From a virus, in the IMG/VR virus record IMGVR_UViG_3300017605_001304, positions 32,001-96,000 of that record: a stretch of 64,000 nt of DNA; one strand, written 5' to 3'. The notes under the pieces are model-generated. The model ran no database searches, was not told where the DNA came from, and was given only the letters and a program-made list of their open reading frames with translations. Numbering within the stretch: position 1 is the first letter of the stretch; every line of letters starts with the position of its first letter. Below are positions 18,331-25,900 of this stretch, piece by piece. A program made the position numbers and the translations under genes.

Positions 18331-18557
18331 ACTTCAAGAAGCGCTACGAGTTCTGGTGGCAGCCGCAGCGAGAGTGGTTCGGTCGCGTGCCGGGAGAGGT
18401 CGAGTGCGCGCTGTCGATCGGCCCCGGCATCGGGACGATGGTCTTCACGGAGCAGGACGCCGGCAGCATCGGGGACCTCATCTTCAGCGTGAACCACAAC
18501 CCCCGCGGCGAGGGTTTCACCGCGCACCTGCAAGAACTCTTCCGGGATCGGTCATGA
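18327..18557 (+). CDS. Small protein, array A member 3
   Basis: MNFKKRYEFWW...IGPGIGTMVF...LQELFRDRS. Confidence 0.75.
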   Translation: MNFKKRYEFWWQPQREWFGRVPGEVECALSIGPGIGTMVFTEQDAGSIGDLIFSVNHNPRGEGFTAHLQELFRDRS

Positions 18558-18775
18558 ACCCGCACGGCCGCTACTACGCGCAGTGGCACACGCAGCGAGG
18601 GTGGCGAGGCGGCAAGTCGCCGAAAGTTCACTACGTCCTGACGCTCGGCCCATGCAGCGACGAGATGGTATTCTCGTGGCAAGACGCTACGTCTGTCTCG
18701 GACCTGCTCGCGATGGACAGCCTCGGCGAGCGCAGCGTCGCCGTGAGCCTGGACCTCTTGCTCGGTGCATCATGA
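18554..18775 (+). CDS. Small protein, array A member 4
   Basis: MNPHGRYYAQW...LGPCSDEMVF...LDLLLGAS. Confidence 0.7.
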   Translation: MNPHGRYYAQWHTQRGWRGGKSPKVHYVLTLGPCSDEMVFSWQDATSVSDLLAMDSLGERSVAVSLDLLLGAS

Positions 18776-18996
18776 ACATGGCCCGCGCCACGCTGTGTAC
18801 GCTCTACGTGAACGTCAGCGAAGGGGGTGACACACGCCTTTACTTCGATGGCTGGGGCCGTACGCCGACCACGTGGTATATGGCGACCCACGACTGGGTG
18901 CAGCTCACGTTCATGCGGCACCGCGTCGACCTCTGCTCGCACTGGCTCAACGTATTCAAGGACGACGCGCTGAGGACCCTGTTCAAGGCGGCATGA
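18772..18996 (+). CDS. Small protein, array A member 5
   Basis: MNMARATLC...RLYFDG...LRTLFKAA; ATGA overlaps on both sides. Confidence 0.65.
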   Translation: MNMARATLCTLYVNVSEGGDTRLYFDGWGRTPTTWYMATHDWVQLTFMRHRVDLCSHWLNVFKDDALRTLFKAA

Positions 18997-19256
18997 ACAT
19001 GAGCATGCGTACCCGTGCCGCGACCGAGTGCCACTGGAACTTGGACAGCCTGAGTGCGGGTGACCTCGCGGTGTATTTCTACCGCGGCGGCATGCAGGTC
19101 TGCGCCATCGCGGTCACCGCCGCCCTCGCTGACGCGATGCTCCAGCTTCGCGACCGTCGAGGGTCCTGCTGCGGCGACCTCGGGCACTGCTCGGTCGAGC
19201 ACAGCGGCGAGGCGGGCTGCAACGAGCTGAGCGACCTGCTCCGGAGCCTCTGGTGA
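18993..19256 (+). CDS. Small protein, array A member 6
   Basis: ...LAVYFYRGG...LRD...LSDLLRSLW; similar to member 7. Confidence 0.65.
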   Translation: MNMSMRTRAATECHWNLDSLSAGDLAVYFYRGGMQVCAIAVTAALADAMLQLRDRRGSCCGDLGHCSVEHSGEAGCNELSDLLRSLW

Positions 19257-19480
19257 CCTTCCCGCAACTCACGCAGGTCCGCTGGGAGGCCGTCTGGCCG
19301 ACGAACGGCCCGGCTGCCGCGCTCTACTTCTACTGCGGGGGTCGTCGGATCGAGGGGATCGCACTCGACAAGAAGAGCTGGTTCGCGTTCATCGACCTGC
19401 GCGACGAGCTGGAGGGAGTCACCCTCTCCTTCCGGCTCGCCCTCTCCGACGCGGCGGGTGCTCTGTTCGGGGAACCGTGA
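19253..19480 (+). CDS. Small protein, array A member 7
   Basis: ...ALYFYCGG...LRD...AGALFGEP. Confidence 0.65.
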   Translation: MTFPQLTQVRWEAVWPTNGPAAALYFYCGGRRIEGIALDKKSWFAFIDLRDELEGVTLSFRLALSDAAGALFGEP

Positions 19481-19713
19481 TGTGGATCACGGATGAGGTC
19501 TTCGGCGAAGCAAAGCCGCTGCGCCTGACGGCGGCGCGCAGCAACGAGCTGTCCCGAGTCACGGTTGGCGTGGCCGGAGTGATATGGTCGACGTGCATCT
19601 GCTGGGTCTGCCGCGAGCAGATCGCGACGATTACGGAGTTGCGTCCCCTCTACGATCTCTTCGCTCCCGAAGGGAGCGTTCCTTACACCCTCGTGGACCT
19701 GTTCAAGCCATGA
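19477..19713 (+). CDS. Small protein, array A member 8
   Basis: ...CICWVC...LVDLFKP; coupled by overlap. Confidence 0.6.
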   Translation: MMWITDEVFGEAKPLRLTAARSNELSRVTVGVAGVIWSTCICWVCREQIATITELRPLYDLFAPEGSVPYTLVDLFKP

Positions 19714-19934
19714 CCACGCTCTCGATTCACGCGAGCTCGCCCATGTACAACCACGGGCTGCGGGTCGACCTCATCGTGGAGATGGAGTCGAAGTCGCTGT
19801 GCTTCTGCGGCAACTGGTCGCGGTGGGACGTGATGACGCCGCTGCTGGAGCTCAACCTGCCGCGCGTTGACGTCGACCTGCGGGAGTGCATGGGGACGGT
19901 GCTGGGGGTTGAGAGCGATACGTCGCCTGAGTGA
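19710..19934 (+). CDS. Small protein, array A member 9
   Basis: ATGA-coupled, 74 aa. Confidence 0.55.
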   Translation: MTTLSIHASSPMYNHGLRVDLIVEMESKSLCFCGNWSRWDVMTPLLELNLPRVDVDLRECMGTVLGVESDTSPE

Positions 19935-20271
19935 CCACGCGGGCGATCGTGTCGATCGAGACGCGGTACGCCTCCGCCAGGGCCCGGTAGGGCAGGCGCT
20001 GCGTCTCGCGCAGGCGGCGGATCTCCTCGACCGAGTCCGGGCTCAGGGCCCGTCCGTGAGCGCCGCGCTCGCTCGGCCGCGACCAGGAGAGGCGCGCCCC
20101 TCGCATCGAGGGCAGGATCGGTCCGCCCCACCCCCGGCGCGTGATCCCGCGGCAGAGCTTGTGGACGGCGGACGGCGTCACGCGAAAGCGTAAGGCGAGC
20201 AGCTTGGCGGCGTGGCCACGAGCTCGCAGCTCGCGCAGCTCTCTGACCTCGGACTCTTCGAGCGTCCTCAT
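19852..20271 (-). CDS. Tandem helix-turn-helix DNA-binding protein (candidate repressor)
   Basis: Two repeats: LEESEVRELRELR...LLALRFRVTPSAVHKLCRG and LSPDSVEEIRRLR...LAEAYRVSIDTIARVVTQ. Divergent from the operator-bearing promoter. Confidence 0.7.
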   Translation of the reverse strand: MRTLEESEVRELRELRARGHAAKLLALRFRVTPSAVHKLCRGITRRGWGGPILPSMRGARLSWSRPSERGAHGRALSPDSVEEIRRLRETQRLPYRALAEAYRVSIDTIARVVTQATYRSQPPAPSPCTPAGRRQRAAG

Positions 20272-20279
20272 GGAACGGG

Positions 20280-20340
20280 ATCGTACGGGGCGGGACCTGT
20301 AATACAAGAGGCTTGACCTGTAATCCAGATATGGTATGAT
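20280..20340. promoter_or_regulatory. Divergent promoter pair with two operator copies (copy 3a/3b)
   Basis: Plus strand: TTGACC(20313)-16 bp-TATGAT(20335). Minus strand: TTGTAT-16 bp-TACGAT ending 8 nt before the HTH ATG. Operators GACCTGTAATACAAG (20294) and GACCTGTAATCCAGA (20315). Confidence 0.75.
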
Positions 20341-20379
20341 GATGCCGTGTTGCATCTCTTCTCGCAAAGGAGGATGAGC

Positions 20380-20988
20380 ATGGGAACGCGTGCACGGCAT
20401 CAGGCGTTGAACGCGGAGTGGCCGGCGGTCGTCCCGCCGCTCTCGTACGAGGAGGCGGTGCGGGCCACGAAGAAGCTGCTCCGCGCCGAGCTCAAGATCA
20501 AGCCGCAGGAGTTCAAGCGCACGTCGGGACGACGGTACACGTGGCGGCGGCACGGCGTCTGGTACATCAACCCGAGCCGAGGCTGGCTCGACCTCGTCCA
20601 TGTCCTCTCGCACTACGTGTTCATGCGGACGCACACCCGGCTCCGGCCGCATCACTGGAAGCACGCGAACGTCGAGGCTCGGATGATCCGTACGGTCTTG
20701 CAACGCGGCTGGCTCGACGGCAAGCTGAAGCCGTCGGTGAAGCCCGAGAAGACGCCGGTGGATCGGCTGGAGCGTCTGAAGGGGAGGCTCGTGCGGTGGG
20801 AGGCGAAGAAGCGGCGGGCCGAGAACGCGATCCGGAAGCTCACGAGGAGCATCCGCGCGATCGAGCGCTGCAGAGCCGTCGCCTCGCTCGACCCGACTAC
20901 CGCTTCGTCCACGAACTCATCGAGTATTTCCCCTCTCAACCGATGCGGGGAGACACCTGGATCCTCCTGCACCAGTTCTCCCGCCTGA
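20380..20988 (+). CDS. Hypothetical basic protein with His-rich zincin-like motif
   Basis: GWLDLVHVLSHY...RPHHWKH; SD AGGAGG; C-terminal coiled coil. Confidence 0.65.
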   Translation: MGTRARHQALNAEWPAVVPPLSYEEAVRATKKLLRAELKIKPQEFKRTSGRRYTWRRHGVWYINPSRGWLDLVHVLSHYVFMRTHTRLRPHHWKHANVEARMIRTVLQRGWLDGKLKPSVKPEKTPVDRLERLKGRLVRWEAKKRRAENAIRKLTRSIRAIERCRAVASLDPTTASSTNSSSISPLNRCGETPGSSCTSSPA

Positions 20989-21034
20989 ACACGGTGGTTA
21001 CCGCATCTGCACTAGCTTCGATCCTGGGAAGGAG

Positions 21035-21652
21035 ATGAGCATGTCTGATCCGTGCGGTCCGGAGTGGGACGCGGTCGTGCCGTTCCTCGTGAACCTCGCG
21101 ACGCAGAGCAAGGTGCCCAAGATCGCCTGCACCCGCTGCGGCGCGATGATGTTCCAGAAGACGGAGAAGCTCGTCACGCACTACGGCGTCGCCTTCTCCG
21201 CGGACGGGACGACGCACACGATCGAGCGCTGCGAGCCGCGCGGGGTCCAGCGGCGGGTCTGGGGAGAGCGCCCGAGCCGGTCGCCCAAGGACGCCATGTC
21301 TTCCTTGCTGGAAGACATGACCCACCAGCTCCCCTGTAAGAAGTGTCACAACGACGTCCGTGCGCTCAGTTCGAAGCTGAGCGGATTCTTCTGGTTCTTC
21401 TACCAGCCCGACAGCCCGAGTCGGGTCTCTCCGAAGATCGCCTTCGAGCACGACGGCACCCCGCACGAGAAGGTCTGCATCGGGCTGAAGCGCAAGCCGA
21501 GCGTGCTGCCGAAGCTGGTTCACGCGACGCCGATGGTCCTGACGCTGCTGGCCGTCGTCGGCCTGTTCCGCGAAGCCGTGCTCCACGTCGACGCGATCCG
21601 TGCCACCGCCGTGCACGCCCTGCAGGCCCTGCTCGACTTCATCAAGAACTGA
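21035..21652 (+). CDS. Protein with two tandem Cys/His metal-binding repeats
   Basis: CTRC...AFSADGTTH...C and CKKC...AFEHDGTPH...C. Confidence 0.65.
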   Translation: MSMSDPCGPEWDAVVPFLVNLATQSKVPKIACTRCGAMMFQKTEKLVTHYGVAFSADGTTHTIERCEPRGVQRRVWGERPSRSPKDAMSSLLEDMTHQLPCKKCHNDVRALSSKLSGFFWFFYQPDSPSRVSPKIAFEHDGTPHEKVCIGLKRKPSVLPKLVHATPMVLTLLAVVGLFREAVLHVDAIRATAVHALQALLDFIKN

Positions 21653-21654
21653 CC

Positions 21655-21987
21655 ATGACCAAGCGCGCACTCATCCACTACCGCTACGGCCGGTACGGCA
21701 ACGACCTCCTCTGGGCCCACCTCCGCCGCCGCGTCGGGCGGAGACGGAAGCTAGGGGCGGGCTGCGCCTGCGGCGACTGCACGCGCGAACGACGCCGCAG
21801 GCGAGAGCTCCCCGCCGGCCTGGGCACGATGCGGGCCGAGCTCGATCGCATCGGCTTCGCGCTCATGACTCAGCGGCGCCTCGCCCGCATCCTGACGAAG
21901 GAGCGCCCGCCTCGATCGGACCTAGAGGCGACGCCAGCGCGCGGCTTCTTCCTTCCCAACAACTTCTCCTTCAGCATGAACTGGTGA
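21655..21987 (+). CDS. Hypothetical Arg-rich protein (CxCxxC)
   Basis: TGACCATG junction; GCACGDC motif. Confidence 0.55.
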   Translation: MTKRALIHYRYGRYGNDLLWAHLRRRVGRRRKLGAGCACGDCTRERRRRRELPAGLGTMRAELDRIGFALMTQRRLARILTKERPPRSDLEATPARGFFLPNNFSFSMNW

Positions 21988-21990
21988 CCC

Positions 21991-22335
21991 ATGAGCCCTA
22001 CGTACTGGAACCTGCAGCGCTACAGCAGCAAGGGCGACAAGATGCTCGGCGAGTTGATCCGCACGCACTTCTGCAAGCGGGGACGCGTCGAGAATTCCTG
22101 GGGCCCCGCTAAGCCGTACACGGCGCACTACCTGCCGGCCGGCGTCAAGAAGATGTACGGAGACCTGAAGCGGCGGGGCAGCAGCCTGCCCAAGGAGACG
22201 TGGTACGTACTGAACCCTAATCATGACATGATCTTCAAGCTCGCTCGCGCAGAGGCTCGCTATGCGGAGGAAGAGGCGAAAGAGAAGGAGTGGCGGCTGA
22301 CACTCCGCGCTGGCTACAACGCGCGGTGGCGGTAA
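21991..22335 (+). CDS. Hypothetical protein
   Basis: Last gene of the plus-strand island; converges on the tail module. Confidence 0.65.
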   Translation: MSPTYWNLQRYSSKGDKMLGELIRTHFCKRGRVENSWGPAKPYTAHYLPAGVKKMYGDLKRRGSSLPKETWYVLNPNHDMIFKLARAEARYAEEEAKEKEWRLTLRAGYNARWR

Positions 22336-22338
22336 ACC

Positions 22339-22911
22339 TCACGAACCAACGTACGTCGCTTGGATCTCCCACTGCAGCGTGGCAGAGAAGCTCCCGTCCA
22401 AAGTAAGGTCCGTGAACTTCTTGTAGGTCACGAGGCTCGGGCTCGCGCTCGACGCAAGTAGGCCCGCTTCGTTGATCGTCTGCGAGCCGGAGCCCGGCCA
22501 GCCGCCCGGCCCCGCCGCCAGCAGCAGGTCGAGCTGCAGCTTGCCGGTCGGCGAGAAGGTGACCGACGGCGGCGCCGAGTAGATCTGGTTGCCGAGCGCC
22601 GTGAGCCCCGGGTCCTCGGTGACCGACGCGTTGCCGATCGCGAACGTGTCGATCTGATACGAAGACGAGCTGGGGTACTGTGCGCAGAGCGTGCGGACGA
22701 TGTTGTCGAGGCCCGAGTTGACCACGATGTTGCGTCCGAGCACGCGCGTGATGATCGTGCCGTTGGGATAGACCAGCTTCGCGGACAGGTGTCCCTTGAA
22801 GCCAAGCCGATCATTCGAGCCCGACAGGATCAGCAGATCCTGGTAGCGCTTGCCGAAGACGTGGAAGTCGTCGCCTTCGAACTCGCGACGAAGTTCATGC
22901 GTGTCTGCCAT
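22339..22911 (-). CDS. Tail collar / fibre-attachment-like protein
   Basis: NIVVNSG, FAIGN, TALGNQI, INEAGLL, LQWEI pattern of tail-collar family proteins; follows the fibre gene. Confidence 0.65.
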   Translation of the reverse strand: MADTHELRREFEGDDFHVFGKRYQDLLILSGSNDRLGFKGHLSAKLVYPNGTIITRVLGRNIVVNSGLDNIVRTLCAQYPSSSSYQIDTFAIGNASVTEDPGLTALGNQIYSAPPSVTFSPTGKLQLDLLLAAGPGGWPGSGSQTINEAGLLASSASPSLVTYKKFTDLTLDGSFSATLQWEIQATYVGS

Positions 22912-22921
22912 GGGATTTCCT

Positions 22922-25900
22922 TTACGGCTGCGCCTGGAACTTCATCGTGATGGTGCCGCCTCGAATCGTTGCAGCGGATCCGTCGTTCGAGACGCTCACC
23001 GCCAGCTTGGCCGTCGGTGAAGAGAAGAGCAGGTTCAACGCCGCCGTCGAGAAGGTCACCGGAGATCCGGCCCCCACCAACGTCAGCGTCGCGGTCGTGA
23101 GCGCGGTCAAGTTGCGGAACGTCACGGTCACTGCCTGACCCGACGTGAGCCCCGCCATCAGGGTGAGCGTCGCCTCCACGAGGCGGACCGGCTTGCCCCC
23201 GGACGGGATGTTGGTGCCGTTCGTCGGAGAGCCGAGAACGTAGAGCGCCGTGTCGCTCGTCGACAGCGACACCGGCATCGAGCAGGTCACGTACGAGTAG
23301 CTCTGGCCGACAAGCTGGTTCGAGACGCCGGTGAGCTGGCCGGTCATCGTCGCCGCGGTGGCCGTGTAGCCGCCCGGCGTCAGCGTCACGGCGAGGCTCT
23401 CGCCGTTGATCTGGTCGGAGCCACCGGAGAGGTGGCTCGCAGCGTGGGGATCCGGGTTGAACGAGGGCGGCTTGTTCGAGAGGTCCGCGTAGCTGATCTG
23501 CCCGCCCGTGCCGACGCCGGCATGCGTGTGCGAGAAGATCCTTGACGCCGACTCGTTGCAGAGCGGGCCGGAAGCGTTGCGTCCGATGAAGATCACCGGC
23601 CCGCCGCCCGTCGCGGTACCGAGCGAATACTGCGTGGCCGAGTCGAACGAAGACGTCACGAGGACGTGCTTCGCCGGCAGGTTGCCGGTGTGGATGCCAG
23701 CGGCCGGGTCGAGCGCGTGGGACTTGTTCGTCACGTCCGTCGCGAAGTCGACGGCCGTGTACCCGCCCGTGTTGTGCTTGTGGCTGCCCGCCGCCACCTG
23801 CCCGCTGGTCGAGCCGACGTCGGCGACGAGCTGGTTCGCAGCGAACGTGAGGCCCGTGCCCGCGTCGACGTTGACCGTCGCCTTGCCGGCCAGCGGGTTC
23901 GAGACGTTGAGACCCTGCGTCCCGAATTCGAGCGTCGTGATGTTCGAGAAGGAGCCGCCGCCCGTTTCCTGGACGGCCAGAGTGCCCCCACCGCCACCAC
24001 TGGCCGCAACGCTCACGTCGACTCGGAACGAGTTCGTCCCGATGTTGACCGGCGTCACCGTCCAGGTGGCCGAAGTCGTGTTGATGAAGTTGATCTGGTC
24101 GAGCGTCTTCCCGTCCTGGAGGACCGTGCCGCCAAGCGAGACGTGCGGGTTGACGTTCGCGCAGTCCTCGACCGTCGCGAGCTTGGTGCGCTCAGTCGAG
24201 AGCATCAGGACCTTGTTCGTACCGTCCGCAATCGCGTCCGCGTTGTTCGTGGTCGTGTCGAAGAGGCCCGAGATGGTCCGGGTGACCGTCCCGTTGCCAA
24301 TCGTATTGCCGGTCGCGACGAGCTGCGTGCCCTGCACGAACGAGCCCGACGCCACGGCGGATGCGAACACGCCGCCTCCGCTGAAGACGGCGCTGCCCTT
24401 GAAGGGACTCGTCGAGTCCTTGGGGAAGAGCTGGATCAGCGGGCTGGCGTTGTTCTGGACATCCGTGATCTCGAAGGTGCTCTGCCGCCCTGTCGAGAGT
24501 TCGTTGTAGACGTTGATCTGCCAACGCTCTTTCAGAGAGTTGGCCGAGTCTCGGTTCAGGAAGTTGATCGTCGTCGGATCGGTGTTGTTGATGGCGGCGA
24601 TGGCCACAGCAGCCTGCTGCGTCGAGTGGGTCGAGCGCAGCCAGGGCTCGATGTAGACCCGCGCGTATCCAGGGACGATGCCTGCTGGGTTCGCGGCGTC
24701 CGACGAGCTCAGCACGAGGCGGCCGTTCTTGCCCAGCCACGTGGTCGGATTCGTGTCCGTCCCGAAGTAACGGGACGGGTTGAGCACGTGCGAGAACGAC
24801 GTCGACGCGTCGAAGGGTCCCGCGCCGCCCCAGGTCAGGTCTTTGGTCTTCGTGCGCTCGTAGAGGCTCGACCCCGAGCCCGAGCTCACCGTCTTCAGCG
24901 GGCCATCCACCAGGAGGACTCGGTCCCCGTCCGCGCTGTACGGGCCGCCGTCCGCGGTCGCGAAGGCCGAGTCGTTGAACACGAGCTGGCCGACGTTGTT
25001 GATCGCTGTGGAGCCCGAGACCGCCGTGCCGTTCTGCACCGCCGTGTCGAGGTACTTGCTGACGTCGAAGCCCGAGCCGCCTCCACCGGAGACGGCCATG
25101 TTGATGATGCCTGAGCCGCCCGACGAGAACGTCACGTTCGTCGTCGTGCCCTTGAGCGTGAACGAGCTGCCGGGGTTACCAGCGTTCAGCGTGAAGCTGT
25201 TGCCGTTCGCGTCCTGCAGCGAGAGCGAGCTGTACGCGTTCTGCGCGTTCACCGGCGTCCAAACGTTGGTCGCGGCGTCGTAGACGTAGACGCGCTTCTC
25301 ATTCAGGACGAGCGCGGTGACGCCCGACGGCGGATGCAGGCCGAACCAGCCCGAGCCAGGAGCCACGCGCGGCAGGTCGATCGCAGTCGCGACCGGCGTG
25401 ACCCAGTAAGGCGTCGGGCCGAGCGACTGCGCCGAGCCCGTTGTCGTGTAGGGGCGGACGGTGTCCAGACTGGTCCCAGTGACACCGTTCAGCCAGGACG
25501 GCTTAGTGCCGGTAACCGGGTCGATGCTGAGCGCGACGAGCTGCCGAATCATCGAGCTGATCGCGGTGGTGGCACCCCAGTCCGTGCCGCCGAACGTCGA
25601 GTGGGCCGGCGGCGCTGTCTTGCCGCTCTTGCCGTACTCCGCCGAGTTGTAAGTGGTGAGGTCGAGGATCTGGCTGCGCCGCGGCTGGGTCAACCAGTCC
25701 GTCGGCCGCAGGTTCAGGTTGTCGAGATAGTTCGTGTTCCACAGGAAGTCGATCGGGCTCATCGACAGGAAGGGATCGCGCTTGTTGATCGCGTCGCCCA
25801 GGTTCACGTTCCAGAGCGTCGTGAAGCTGCGGTCGCCCGTGCAGATCATCGTGCCCGGGTAAGAGACATAGTTGTAGGTCGGGCCCGAAGGATCGAACGG

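Noticed and set aside
17918-19934. Small-ORF arrays as integron cassettes or DGR targets
   Set aside because: Genes overlap with no room for attC sites; no integrase, reverse transcriptase or adenine-specific repeat pair seen.
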